DNA of 64,000 bases from Patescibacteria group bacterium. GTDB taxonomy: Bacteria > Patescibacteriota > Minisyncoccia > Phycocordibacterales > PALSA-1337. The stretch spans positions 15,262 to 79,261 of the forward strand of contig JBBTRA010000006.1 of NCBI GenBank assembly GCA_038065415.1, given 5' to 3'. Position 1 is the first letter of the stretch. Each line of letters starts with the position of its first letter. Positions 19,089 to 29,241 of the stretch are shown here, piece after piece. Both the position numbers and the translations under genes were made by a program. The notes under the pieces are model-generated. The model worked only from the letters and a program-made list of their open reading frames with translations, was not told the origin of the DNA and ran no database searches.

Positions 19089-19811
19089 ATGATTAGCATC
19101 TTCACCGACGGCTCATCTCGCGGCAATCCTGGTCCAGGCGGATGGGGGAGCGTTGTTGTGAATGACGGGAAAGTCATCGAGCTCGGCGGTGGCGAGAAGC
19201 ACACCACGAACAATAGGATGGAGCTCATGGCTGCAATCAGTGGATTGAGAGCGGTCCCCGAAGGAGCGCAGGCAAAAGTTTTTGCAGATTCGTCGTATGT
19301 GATCAATGGCATCACTAAGTGGGTGCATGGCTGGAAGAGGAATGGCTGGAAGACAAAAACAAAAGATGATGTGCTCAATGTAGATCTCTGGAAGATGCTT
19401 GATGATGCAGTTGCGAAGGTTGGTTCGAAGAATGTTGTTTGGGAATATGTGGGTGGACATATCGGTATTGTGGGCAATGAACGGTGCGATGAGATCGCAA
19501 CAGCATTCGCTGATAGCGAGTCCCCGGTGCTCTACCAGGGCCCTCTCTCAGAGTACTCGATTCCGAATATTCTTGATGTTTCACACGATGAAATACTGCT
19601 CAAGGCAAAGAAGTCGAACTCTTCAAAATCAAAGTCAGGCGCGAAAGCATATTCATATGTAAGCTCGGTCGGTGGCAAGATAGAGATACATCGCACGTGG
19701 GTGGAGTGTGAGAAGAGGGTCAAAGGTGCCAAGGGCGCGCGGTTCAAAAAATCATTTAGTGCCGACAATGAAAAGGAAGTGATCAGCGAGTTTGGCGGTG
19801 CGTCATTTTGA
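19089..19811 (+). CDS. rnhA: Ribonuclease HI with C-terminal hybrid-binding-like domain
   Basis: FTDGSSRGNPGPGGWG, TTNNRMEL, GNERCDEIA; C-terminal TWVECEKRVKGAKGARFKK. Confidence 0.95.
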   Translation: MISIFTDGSSRGNPGPGGWGSVVVNDGKVIELGGGEKHTTNNRMELMAAISGLRAVPEGAQAKVFADSSYVINGITKWVHGWKRNGWKTKTKDDVLNVDLWKMLDDAVAKVGSKNVVWEYVGGHIGIVGNERCDEIATAFADSESPVLYQGPLSEYSIPNILDVSHDEILLKAKKSNSSKSKSGAKAYSYVSSVGGKIEIHRTWVECEKRVKGAKGARFKKSFSADNEKEVISEFGGASF

Positions 19812-19882
19812 TAAATCGGAGCGTCATCATATTTCCGGCAATTTCTCATGAATCTCTCATGAAGATATTCTAAACTCCCCTC

Positions 19883-21238
19883 ATGAGCAGGGGAGTTTTT
19901 ATTTTCTGGAGTGTGTTTGTCGTGGCTGCTCTTGTGCGGTTGGTACTTTCTGCATCAGGGCAAAGGGAGGGTGTCATCGTGTGTGCAAAACAAGTTGTGT
20001 CCGGAAGTGGTGTCCTCACGCGAGAGCCAGAGCGCAAAGAAACGGGACAAATATTCGTTGTGCGCACAGGAGATATTTTTTCAGGTGGATCGATCTGTGC
20101 GAAGGATCTTCATATCCGTATGAAGACACAGCTCTATCCTCGGCTTGCGTATGGTGACCACGTGTCTTTTGAAGGGAAGATATCACAGCCGTTTAATTTC
20201 CGAAGTGAGAGTGGAAGATTATTTGACTACCAAGGGTATCTCGCAAAAGACGGCATCTTCTATGAGATCAAAAGTGCAAAGGTTGTGAAGATGGAAAATA
20301 CGGATGGAAATATTTCTACCACTTTATTTTCTTTGAAGCGGCGATTCGTTGCAAATCTAGAACATGCACTTGGAGAACCATATGCGGCTTTGGCGGCAGG
20401 ATTGGTAGTAGGAGAAAAGAGTGCGCTCGGCAAAGACCTGCTCGAAGATTTCCGTATCGTCGGGTTGATACATATCATCGTGTTGTCTGGCTTCAACATC
20501 ACCATCGTCGGTGATGCGATGCGGCGTATGCTCTCATTTTTACCACGAGTCTGGGGCATCGTTGTGGGCGGTATCGGCATCATGCTTTTCGGTGTGATGG
20601 TCGGTGGGGGAGCGACGGTGGTACGCTCCTGTTTCATGGCAGGAGTCGCGCTGTCTGCAGACCTGATCCGTCGAGATTACCAGGTTATGCGAGCACTGAT
20701 TTTCGCAGGACTCCTCATGATCATTCAGAATCCTACTATTCTCTTTCATGACCCTTCATTTCAACTATCGTTTCTTGCCACGCTCGGCCTCATCCTTCTG
20801 GCGAGCCCAATCGAGAAGAGACTCCTGTTTATTTCTGAGAAGTTTGGTATTCGGGGTATCGTAGCTTCGACGGTGGCAACACAGATCTTCGTTTCACCAG
20901 TCATCCTCTATATGATGGGAACGATGTCTGTTATCGGTATGGTCGTGAACATTCTCGTTCTACCTATCATCCCCATTACGATGCTTCTTGTATTTTTGAC
21001 TGGTGTAGCCGGTTTCATCTGGTTTCCGGTAGCTCAAATCTTCGGTTGGGCCGCTCATCTGCTCTTATCTTACGAATTGTCCATGGTCGATATTTTTGCA
21101 CGGGTGCCGTATGCATCCGTGAGTGTACCCATGTTTTCCAAGTGGTGGGTGGTGGGATTTTACTGTGTATTCTTCGCGGTATTCGTCTGGTTGAATTGGC
21201 GTGCGCGGAAGAAGCGTCTCGTTACTGTGCCTTCTTGA
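19883..21238 (+). CDS. comEC: ComEC/Rec2 competence channel (OB-like plus Competence domain, no MBL domain)
   Basis: FDYQGYL, GLIHIIVLSGFN, SFQLSF. Confidence 0.92.
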   Translation: MSRGVFIFWSVFVVAALVRLVLSASGQREGVIVCAKQVVSGSGVLTREPERKETGQIFVVRTGDIFSGGSICAKDLHIRMKTQLYPRLAYGDHVSFEGKISQPFNFRSESGRLFDYQGYLAKDGIFYEIKSAKVVKMENTDGNISTTLFSLKRRFVANLEHALGEPYAALAAGLVVGEKSALGKDLLEDFRIVGLIHIIVLSGFNITIVGDAMRRMLSFLPRVWGIVVGGIGIMLFGVMVGGGATVVRSCFMAGVALSADLIRRDYQVMRALIFAGLLMIIQNPTILFHDPSFQLSFLATLGLILLASPIEKRLLFISEKFGIRGIVASTVATQIFVSPVILYMMGTMSVIGMVVNILVLPIIPITMLLVFLTGVAGFIWFPVAQIFGWAAHLLLSYELSMVDIFARVPYASVSVPMFSKWWVVGFYCVFFAVFVWLNWRARKKRLVTVPS

Positions 21239-21815
21239 AATTTTCCTCGATGACTGCCCAGTTCAGGTTCTTGAAGAAATCCTCGACATATTGTTTCTTG
21301 CCAGATGGTTGATAGTCAGCGACGAAGGAGTGTTCCCACATATCGAGACCAAGTACGAGTGCACAATCTTGAAGCTGGCCCAAATGTTGTTCGTCGATCC
21401 AGGCGTTGAGGAGGCGATCGTCCTTCTTGTCGTAGTAAAGCATGGCCCAACCGATGCCGCGGGTGAGTGCGATTGATTTGAATTCTGAAAACCACGCCTC
21501 GAATGACCCCCATTCTTCGTTGATAGCTGTGCGTAACGGACTTACATCGCCCAGCTCTTTCGCACCACCTTCCAGGGAAGAGAAATAGATTTCATGGTTA
21601 CGCATGCCGTTGTATTCAAATCCGAATCGACGCATGATTTCGCCGAGGGCGTAGGCGTTCTTCTCGGCGTCCTTCTTGTATTCTGCTATCTTCTCAAGAA
21701 TAAGATTGGCGTGTTTTACATATCCCGCATAGAGCTTGAGATGTTCCTCGATAGTCTTGGTCGATATGCCGACAAGCGCAGGTACGGTGAATGTTTTTGG
21801 GGTGAATTGTTTCAT
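21222..21815 (-). CDS. sod: Fe/Mn superoxide dismutase family protein
   Basis: EEHLKLYAGYV, NGMRNHEIYF, LDMWEHSF. Confidence 0.92.
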   Translation of the reverse strand: MKQFTPKTFTVPALVGISTKTIEEHLKLYAGYVKHANLILEKIAEYKKDAEKNAYALGEIMRRFGFEYNGMRNHEIYFSSLEGGAKELGDVSPLRTAINEEWGSFEAWFSEFKSIALTRGIGWAMLYYDKKDDRLLNAWIDEQHLGQLQDCALVLGLDMWEHSFVADYQPSGKKQYVEDFFKNLNWAVIEENFKKAQ

Positions 21816-21886
21816 AAATTGATTATATCACTCTCACGGTATCTTCATAGATTACTCACGCAGCCTTCATCGATGGTGGTTATGAT

Positions 21887-22801
21887 ATGGCTATGCCAGC
21901 AAAACTATCCTCGAAGCCCGTCATTATTGCGAGCGTTGCAACTGTTGCGGCATCTGTACTTGGTGGCTACATTTGGCACGAAGAACATCGACCATCTATC
22001 GCTGAGGCGTATGTATTCGCACTGAAGTCGGGGCGTTCGACGCTGATCCGGACTCCTGATGATCATCGTATCTTGATCGATGGCGGTGCAAACTCTGAGG
22101 TCATCAGGCACCTGAGCTCAGTCTTGCCATTCTATTCTCGTCGCCTCGATGCGGTTATCGCGACCAATACTGATGGCAAGAATGTATCGGGACTTGTAGA
22201 CATATTGGAGCGGTATCAGGTTGACCGTGTGTATATTCCAGCTGTTACCGTGAGCAGTCTAGGCATATCGACATCAACTCATCTCGCGTATCAGGTTTTC
22301 ATCGATACGATCGAAAGTAAGAGCATTGAACTCAAAGAGCTTGTGGTAGGGGATACGGTCTTCCTTGGAGATGTAGCTATAGAGGTATTATTCCCGGTCT
22401 CAGAGGACTCTTTCGTATACTCGAGAGCCAGTGCCCCGGAATTGGTCTTGAAAATTTCCTACGGAAACAGTTCCATCTTGATGATGAATGGTGTGAGCAT
22501 TAAGATCCAAAAGCATATTGCCTCACATATACAAATGAAAGGTGGCGATGTTCTCGTCGTATCCCATAGCGCCGCTCCTGCGGCGGTGGCGTACGATCTG
22601 GTCTCTGAGGTTCAGCCGAAGTTCTTGGTGTATTCAAAAACGCCGTCAAAGTCGGTAGGGCGAACATTGTCCAGTGTCAGCAAAAAGATCGTTGATCCTC
22701 TGGCGGGCATCTTGGAGAAAGACAGATTCAACCTGAAGGAGGTGGGTACGGTCAGGATCTCTATGGATGGAGAAGATGCGGAGATAACAAAAACCGACTA
22801 G
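21887..22801 (+). CDS. ComEC-type metallo-beta-lactamase-fold protein with degenerate metal site
   Basis: RILIDGG, LPFYSRRLDAVIATNTDGKNVSG in place of the usual THxDxDHxGG. Confidence 0.75.
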   Translation: MAMPAKLSSKPVIIASVATVAASVLGGYIWHEEHRPSIAEAYVFALKSGRSTLIRTPDDHRILIDGGANSEVIRHLSSVLPFYSRRLDAVIATNTDGKNVSGLVDILERYQVDRVYIPAVTVSSLGISTSTHLAYQVFIDTIESKSIELKELVVGDTVFLGDVAIEVLFPVSEDSFVYSRASAPELVLKISYGNSSILMMNGVSIKIQKHIASHIQMKGGDVLVVSHSAAPAAVAYDLVSEVQPKFLVYSKTPSKSVGRTLSSVSKKIVDPLAGILEKDRFNLKEVGTVRISMDGEDAEITKTD

Positions 22802-22836
22802 GAAGTCGGTTTTTGAGAGAGGGGCTAAAGAGATGC

Positions 22837-23079
22837 TTAGATTATGCCGGCCTTCTTGAGTGTGTGGTATGCGCCATTCTTCTGGATGGTGCGGAGGGCG
22901 CGAGTGGAGATAGTGAGGACCACTGTTTTCTTGAGTTCGGGAACGTAAATACGCTTCTTCTGGAGATTTGGGTGGCGTCGAACCTTGCCGCACGGATTGT
23001 ACTGTGTTGCACGGGTGCGGTTCGAGTATCGTCCTCCGACGACTGAGCCTCTTTTGGTTATTGCGCATACTTTTGCCAT
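22837..23079 (-). CDS. rpmB: 50S ribosomal protein L28
   Basis: MAKVCAIT...RRHPNLQ...ISTRALRTIQKNG. Confidence 0.93.
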   Translation of the reverse strand: MAKVCAITKRGSVVGGRYSNRTRATQYNPCGKVRRHPNLQKKRIYVPELKKTVVLTISTRALRTIQKNGAYHTLKKAGII

Positions 23080-23138
23080 AGGTAAAACATGGTATCATAT
23101 TTCATGCGGATTGCAAGCAATTCCGTCCGAATATCGCC

Positions 23139-23741
23139 ATGCTCACCATTCTTTCGATAGCCATCCTTATCCTCTCGATCATCATCCATGAGATATCTCA
23201 TGGCTATATGGCAGATCGTTTGGGTGATCCGACGGCTCGTTTGCAGGGGAGACTCACCCTCAATCCGATCAAACATATAGACCCCATCGGTTCTATCGTT
23301 GTTCCACTCCTCACTTCTTTGGGCGGGTTCACCTTCGGCTGGGCAAAGCCGGTGCCGTACAATCCATACAATCTCAAGAATCAGCGTACAGGAGAATTCT
23401 TGATCGCTGCAGCTGGCCCGTTGTCGAACTTGGCCATCGCTCTCATATTCGGCACCATCATCAGATTCATAGCTGCTGGAGAGATGACACCCTTCATCGA
23501 AATCTCTGCCCATATCGTCATCATCAATATAGTTCTTGCGGTTTTCAATCTCATACCGATTCCTCCGCTCGATGGGTCCAAGCTGCTTTTTGCATTTTTG
23601 CCGAGCCAGTATGGACGTACCCGTATGCTTCTTGAGACATATGCGCCTATCTTGATCCTCGTCGTTGTCTTTTTCCTCTGGCAGGTTATTTCGCCTATAA
23701 TATGGCCTATCTTTAGGGTTTTTACAGGAATGAGTCTTTGA
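23139..23741 (+). CDS. Site-2 protease (peptidase M50)
   Basis: HEISHG, AGPLSN, FNLIPIPPLDG. Confidence 0.93.
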   Translation: MLTILSIAILILSIIIHEISHGYMADRLGDPTARLQGRLTLNPIKHIDPIGSIVVPLLTSLGGFTFGWAKPVPYNPYNLKNQRTGEFLIAAAGPLSNLAIALIFGTIIRFIAAGEMTPFIEISAHIVIINIVLAVFNLIPIPPLDGSKLLFAFLPSQYGRTRMLLETYAPILILVVVFFLWQVISPIIWPIFRVFTGMSL

Positions 23742-23755
23742 GGTGACTGGTATCG

Positions 23756-23784
23756 TTGACATCTATCTAGATAGGTGCTATAAT
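23756..23784 (+). promoter_or_regulatory. Consensus sigma70 promoter
   Basis: TTGACA-17 bp-TATAAT with extended TG; CTATCTAGATAG palindrome in the spacer. Confidence 0.8.
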
Positions 23785-23789
23785 AGATA

Positions 23790-23930
23790 GCGGGTTGATC
23801 CTTGGTTTGCAGTTTGTCATGATTCTGCACACCAGTACATTTTTTACTTTTTCATCGGTTCCTCCGATGATTGTGTGGGAGGGCGTCGCGCGGATTATGT
23901 CCATGATCCGCAGGCGCCCTCTTTCTATTT
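23790..23930 (+). ncRNA. Candidate structured sRNA or leader upstream of rpsL
   Basis: Three hairpins after the consensus promoter, the last GC-rich and followed by TTTCTATTTT. Confidence 0.4.
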
Positions 23931-24103
23931 TACCGGTGCAATCTTGCACCTTTTTTATTTCTCTGGTAAGGTGTTCCCACTGTCTCCTTGGGAGAACAGC
24001 GTTCGATTAACAACGCATTCTGAGTAATCGTCTAGGCATTCTCCGAGAGGGGACCTCAAGCCAAAGCGGTGAAGGATTCAGGGTGCTAACAATATTATAG
24101 GTA

Positions 24104-24520
24104 ATGCCTACTATCAATCAGCTCACAAAGCGGAATCGTACCCGATTCACGCGCAAGTCGAAGTCTATTGCTTTGACGCGTACTTTTAATAGCATAAAAA
24201 ACCACCCGATCTTCTTCCCAGCTCCGTTCAAGCGTGGAGTATGTGTGAAGGTTACGACCAAGACTCCGAAGAAGCCAAACTCGGCTATTCGTAAGATTGC
24301 TCGTGTTCGTCTCTCGAACGGTATGGAAGTCACGGCGTATGTTCCGGGTGAGGGACACAACCTCCAGGAACACTCAGTGGTTCTCCTCCGTGGTGGTCGC
24401 GTCAAGGACGTCGGTCTCCGTTATACAGTGGTCCGCGGCGTGCTCGATGCAGCAGGTGTAGAGAAGCGCAGGAAAGGTCGAAGCCAATACGGCAACAAGA
24501 AGCCGAAGGCAGCAAAATAA
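24104..24520 (+). CDS. rpsL: 30S ribosomal protein S12
   Basis: [25 protein letters not shown]. Confidence 0.99.
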   Translation: MPTINQLTKRNRTRFTRKSKSIALTRTFNSIKNHPIFFPAPFKRGVCVKVTTKTPKKPNSAIRKIARVRLSNGMEVTAYVPGEGHNLQEHSVVLLRGGRVKDVGLRYTVVRGVLDAAGVEKRRKGRSQYGNKKPKAAK

Positions 24521-24532
24521 TCTCCAACTAAC

Positions 24533-25003
24533 ATGCGAAGAAAACTAAACATAAAGAGAGAGATCAAGCCGGACATAAATTTCCAATCTGTGAAGCTTGG
24601 TAAGTTCACCAACTACATTATGGAATCCGGTAAGAAGAATATTGCCCGCGCTATCGTTGCTGACTGCATGAAGGAGATCAAGGAAAAGGCCAAGGTGGAG
24701 AATCCACTTGAAGTCTTCGAGCTTGCTCTCAAGAACACTATGCCAGCCATGGAGGTCCGTTCACGCCGTGTCGGTGGAGCGAACTACCAGGTTCCTCGTG
24801 AGGTCCGACCTGAGCGCCGCCAGGCTCTCTCGATGAAGTGGATCGTCGAGGCTGCTCGCAACAAGAAGGGTAAGCCTATTGCTATCAAGCTCGCTGAAGA
24901 GATCCTCGCCGCTTCAAAGAATGAAGGTGAGGCTATCAAGAAGCGTGAGAATATGCACAAAATGGCTGAGGCCAACAAGGCATTTGCTCACTTTGCTTGG
25001 TAA
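24533..25003 (+). CDS. rpsG: 30S ribosomal protein S7
   Basis: [28 protein letters not shown]. Confidence 0.99.
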   Translation: MRRKLNIKREIKPDINFQSVKLGKFTNYIMESGKKNIARAIVADCMKEIKEKAKVENPLEVFELALKNTMPAMEVRSRRVGGANYQVPREVRPERRQALSMKWIVEAARNKKGKPIAIKLAEEILAASKNEGEAIKKRENMHKMAEANKAFAHFAW

Positions 25004-25023
25004 GGAATACTTTGGTTTCCTAC

Positions 25024-25049
25024 AAAAAACGCCCCACTGGGCGTTTTTT
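25024..25049. terminator. Bidirectional intrinsic terminator after rpsG
   Basis: AAAAAACGCCC-cact-GGGCGTTTTTT. Confidence 0.8.
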
Positions 25050-25055
25050 CGTACC

Positions 25056-25454
25056 TTATTTTTCCGAGGATTTCTTGGTGTCCATCGCGTGTTTAACCTG
25101 ATCCTTTGCCATGTCGGCAGCATCTGCGAGATCATCCTTGATATCCTTCCAGTGTGAACGCATGCGATTTGCAAGTTCCGATACTTCATCAGCATCTACG
25201 TCTTTCAAAGCGCGATACTTTTCTGCAGCAGTATCAACGATGTTCTGGTACCCTTCTTCCGTGAGCTCTTTGGCCTCTTCGATCTTGTCCATGACCTCAG
25301 CTTTCATTTTGAGCATCCAACTTTTTACTTTCCTGCGATTTTTTGAGACTTTGTCAGAGCCGTAGAGGTAGTATGCACCTGCGGCGGCTGCCGCGAGGGC
25401 GGCGAGACCGAACCCTATGGCTGTCTTGTGGGATTCGTGTTTGTGGTTTGTCAT
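25056..25454 (-). CDS. Hypothetical YtxH-like membrane-anchored helical protein
   Basis: Ala-rich N-terminal TM followed by charged helices. Confidence 0.65.
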   Translation of the reverse strand: MTNHKHESHKTAIGFGLAALAAAAAGAYYLYGSDKVSKNRRKVKSWMLKMKAEVMDKIEEAKELTEEGYQNIVDTAAEKYRALKDVDADEVSELANRMRSHWKDIKDDLADAADMAKDQVKHAMDTKKSSEK

Positions 25455-25512
25455 ATGGTAGTTAAGGATTAGTATAATAAACGCACGCTGTACTCAATAG
25501 GACGCACAGAGT

Positions 25513-25779
25513 CTACCGTCCTTTCAGGTGCCTGAATATCCCGTAGAAGAAGCGTGCGGCAGCACCTAGATTGAAGGTGCCGCGCTTCACTCGATCTCGG
25601 AGCTCCTCGATGTCCTCGGCGATGAGGCCACTCCCAGTTTTCACGGTGGTGGCGATGTCCTTCAGCAAAGCGAGTATCTTGATGATGTACACCAAGGCGA
25701 TGACTGCTCCGATGCCGAACAGGATGACGACGATGGTTGTCACAAAGAAGAATATGTCTGCGTGTATGAGGGTTTGCAT
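25513..25779 (-). CDS. Small single-TM hypothetical protein
   Basis: 88 aa, N-terminal hydrophobic helix. Confidence 0.65.
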   Translation of the reverse strand: MQTLIHADIFFFVTTIVVILFGIGAVIALVYIIKILALLKDIATTVKTGSGLIAEDIEELRDRVKRGTFNLGAAARFFYGIFRHLKGR

Positions 25780-25875
25780 ATCTCCATAGTACTCCGTATT
25801 TTGAGAAAGGGAAGGGATGATCGCTGATAAATAAAAATCCCGCCGTAAAAACAGCGGGATGCTCAGGGGACACTT

Positions 25876-26580
25876 TTATTGACTGATTCCAAAAGTCGCC
25901 TTGGTTACAACCAATCCGTTTTGGGCCAGCAGGGGATTGAGATACTCTTCCATCAGCTTCCGGTATGAATCTTGCTGGGTCGCATCCAACGGATTGAAGA
26001 ATTGAGCAAGATCTTTCGAATGCGTATTGTTCAGATCGTAGAATATTCTTTGTAGTACCAATTCGACATTTCTATCGATGCAGTTTTCTGTGGTAGTGGT
26101 GGTTGGTCCTCCGGATCGCTCGTTCATGGAGATTCTCGAAGGATCGGCCCCATAGAAGACCTGGGCATTCGTGACGCGTACGGAGACATGATGATCGAGA
26201 GTTCGAACCTTAGGGTTATCCGTCAGCAGACTGACGGTAGGCAGACGCCAAGGAGAGATGTCACCGCGCGGCAAGTTCGAATATTTCCCGCCTAACCCCA
26301 AGGTGAAGACTCCGTAAGGGTGCAAGACAATTCTTCCTTCTTTGTCGAGGGTGACGGGAATGTATTCGTACTTTGCAAACTCATAGATGAGCGGGGTTAC
26401 AACCCACGTAATAACGCATAGCACGCAGACCAATACCGCAAGCAAATCGCGTCCGGTGTGCCACATGTCTCTCACCCAGTATTTCTTTTTTCGATCGAGC
26501 ACTATGGCGATAAATATGATGGCGCAGATGACAAGTACAGACAAAGCGCAATAGGCCAAAAACTGAGATATGATAGGCAT
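25876..26580 (-). CDS. Hypothetical membrane protein
   Basis: 234 aa, two N-terminal TM segments, own terminator near 25833-25860. Confidence 0.65.
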   Translation of the reverse strand: MPIISQFLAYCALSVLVICAIIFIAIVLDRKKKYWVRDMWHTGRDLLAVLVCVLCVITWVVTPLIYEFAKYEYIPVTLDKEGRIVLHPYGVFTLGLGGKYSNLPRGDISPWRLPTVSLLTDNPKVRTLDHHVSVRVTNAQVFYGADPSRISMNERSGGPTTTTTENCIDRNVELVLQRIFYDLNNTHSKDLAQFFNPLDATQQDSYRKLMEEYLNPLLAQNGLVVTKATFGISQ

Positions 26581-26758
26581 TTTCTTTTCGAGGTTTTCAA
26601 GTTTCTATGTATTCATGTTCCGCATCCGCGGACTGAATGTGTCTGGATGCTTTTTACCATAACTACACATGAATGTACAGGCGTTCCATTTGATTATTTC
26701 CGCCTTTTCCCGTATAGTACAAGCCACACAAAGCAAGCCTGCTTTTTTGTTTACTTCA

Positions 26759-27058
26759 ATGAATAAAATGAAAAAAGTATTTTGGATAGGATTTACCGTA
26801 GGGATAATCTATTTTCTGGCGACATACTTATATGAAGTTTTCGCATTAGGGTGCCCTTGGAACCTTGAAGAATCAATGTGTGGCCTACTTGTGTATGTAG
26901 CCAGTTTACCATCTATACTGATAGTGGAAACTGCATTGGAAACATTAGGCGCACCAGATATAGTAGTGTATTCATTAGGTGCTGTACTTGATGGAATAAT
27001 CCTAGGCCTTGTTTTTATTGGCATCCGTAGCATATTTAATAAATTATTCAGAAAATAA
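26759..27058 (+). CDS. Small AT-rich membrane protein
   Basis: Three hydrophobic segments; stop lies 1 nt before the fusA ATG. Confidence 0.6.
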   Translation: MNKMKKVFWIGFTVGIIYFLATYLYEVFALGCPWNLEESMCGLLVYVASLPSILIVETALETLGAPDIVVYSLGAVLDGIILGLVFIGIRSIFNKLFRK

Positions 27059-27059
27059 C

Positions 27060-29225
27060 ATGAACCGCGACTACCCACTCGAACGCATGCGTAACTTCGG
27101 CATCATCGCTCATATCGATGCCGGCAAGACCACCACCTCGGAACGCATCCTCTACTACACTGGCATGATCCACAAGATCGGCGAGGTGCACGAAGGGGAG
27201 ACCACCACCGACTGGATGGAGCAAGAGCGCGAGCGTGGTATCACCATCACGGCCGCTGCCATCACCTGTTTCTGGAATCCGACCTACATGCGCGGACTCA
27301 AGAGTGCTGACGGTAAGGACGATCTCTCCAAGAAAGTCCGTTTCAACATCATCGATACCCCAGGACATATCGACTTTACCGTAGAGGTGAAGCGCTCTCT
27401 TCGCGTGCTCGACGGTGCAGTTGTCGTTTTTGACGGTGTTGCAGGTGTAGAACCCCAGTCAGAGACCAATTGGCGCTATGCTGATGAGGCCAATGTTCCT
27501 CGTCTTTGTTTCATCAACAAAATGGATCGCACAGGAGCTTCATTCGAGAAATCATATGCCTCCATTCTCGAGCGCCTCAACAAGCGTGCCGTTCGCTTCC
27601 AGCTTCCGATCGGATCAGAGGGAGACCATGTTGGTGTCGTCGATCTCCTCAAAATGAAGGCATATACCTTCTCAGGTGAGAAGGGTATCGATATAAATGA
27701 GAGCGAGATTCCGGCTGATATGCTCGCAGATGCCAAGAAGTATCGTGCAGAAATGATAGAGAAAGTCGTTGAAACAGATGATGTTGCTATGCAGAATTTT
27801 CTTGATGGAAAAGAAATCTCCAACGAAGAATTCAAGGTGATCTGTCGCAAGGCAGTTATCGCTAACAAGATCTTCCCGGTTTTCACAGGATCAGCCCTTA
27901 AGAACGTCGGCGTTCAGCTCGTTCTTGATGCGGTCGTTGACTATCTCCCATCTCCGCTCGATATGCCAGCTATCAAGGGTATCGATCCAAATACTGGCGG
28001 CGAACTCGAGCGCCACGCGTCGGATGCGGAGCCATTCTCAGCACTCGCATTCAAACTTCAGAACGATCCATTCGTCGGAGCACTCACATTCTTCCGTGTC
28101 TATTCAGGAACAATTGAGGCGGGAACCTATATATACAATGCCACAACTGGTAAAAAAGAGCGTCTCGGCCGTATCGTTCGTCTCCAGGCTGACAAGCGCG
28201 AAGAGGTCAAGAAGGTTTTCGCGGGTGAGATTGCAGCAGCAGTAGGTCTCAAGGATGCCCTCACTTCACACACCTTCTGCGATGAGGCAAATCCAATTGT
28301 CCTCGAAGTTATCAAGTTCATGGAGCCGGTCGTGTCTCTCCGTATCGAGCCAAAGACCAAGGCGGATCAAGAGAAGATGGGTATGGCCCTCAAGAAACTC
28401 GGCAACGAAGACCCTACCTTCCGCATCTCATCAAATCAAGAGACAGGGGAAACCATTATTTCAGGTATGGGAGAGCTTCACCTCGAGATCATGGTGGATC
28501 GTATGAAGCGCGAGTTTAGCGTGGAAGCCAATGTCGGTGAACCTCAGGTGGCATATCGTGAGACGATCATGAATACGGCCGAGGCTGAGCACAAGTATAT
28601 CAAGCAGACTGGTGGTAAGGGTCAGTACGGACACGTTCGTCTCACTTTGAAGCCGATGGAACCATGGCCAGAAGGAGAAAAGATCCCTAAGAACGTCAAG
28701 CGTTATGATGACTTCGAATTCATCAACTCTATCAAAGGGGGAGTTATTCCGAACGAGTTCATCCCTGCAGTCGAAAAGGGTGTCCGTGAAGCCTTGGATC
28801 GCGGTATTGTCGCCGGATTTAAGATGGTGAACGTTTCCTGTGAGCTCACTTTTGGTTCGTACCACGATGTCGATTCATCAGAAATCGCCTACAAGATTGC
28901 TGCTTCTCAGGCATTCCAGGATGCTGCAAAGCGTGCCAAGCCGGTTATTCTCGAGCCGATCATGAAGCTCGAAGTCGTCTGTCCTGAAAAGTATATGGGA
29001 GACGTCAATGGATCCATCGCTTCCAAGCGTGGTCAAGTTGAAGGTTCAGAACCACGCGGTCAGGCTATTGCTGTCCACGCCAAGGTGCCTCTCTCAGAAA
29101 TGTTCGGGTATACCACAGCACTTCGCTCTATGACTTCGGGTCAGGGCAGCGCGATGATGGAATTTGATCACTATGAGGTTGTACCAGGTAACGTTGAGAA
29201 GGAAATCGTCGAGAAGAGGAAATAA
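27060..29225 (+). CDS. fusA: Elongation factor G
   Basis: AHIDAGKTT, RGITI, DTPGH, NKMD, GMGELHLE, HDVDSSE. Confidence 0.99.
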   Translation: MNRDYPLERMRNFGIIAHIDAGKTTTSERILYYTGMIHKIGEVHEGETTTDWMEQERERGITITAAAITCFWNPTYMRGLKSADGKDDLSKKVRFNIIDTPGHIDFTVEVKRSLRVLDGAVVVFDGVAGVEPQSETNWRYADEANVPRLCFINKMDRTGASFEKSYASILERLNKRAVRFQLPIGSEGDHVGVVDLLKMKAYTFSGEKGIDINESEIPADMLADAKKYRAEMIEKVVETDDVAMQNFLDGKEISNEEFKVICRKAVIANKIFPVFTGSALKNVGVQLVLDAVVDYLPSPLDMPAIKGIDPNTGGELERHASDAEPFSALAFKLQNDPFVGALTFFRVYSGTIEAGTYIYNATTGKKERLGRIVRLQADKREEVKKVFAGEIAAAVGLKDALTSHTFCDEANPIVLEVIKFMEPVVSLRIEPKTKADQEKMGMALKKLGNEDPTFRISSNQETGETIISGMGELHLEIMVDRMKREFSVEANVGEPQVAYRETIMNTAEAEHKYIKQTGGKGQYGHVRLTLKPMEPWPEGEKIPKNVKRYDDFEFINSIKGGVIPNEFIPAVEKGVREALDRGIVAGFKMVNVSCELTFGSYHDVDSSEIAYKIAASQAFQDAAKRAKPVILEPIMKLEVVCPEKYMGDVNGSIASKRGQVEGSEPRGQAIAVHAKVPLSEMFGYTTALRSMTSGQGSAMMEFDHYEVVPGNVEKEIVEKRK

Positions 29226-29241
29226 CACACACCTCGATAGT

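Noticed and set aside
27270-28720. Short insertions in EF-G as inteins or mobile inserts
   Set aside because: They are only about 10-15 aa, with no intein motifs and no palindromic DNA.
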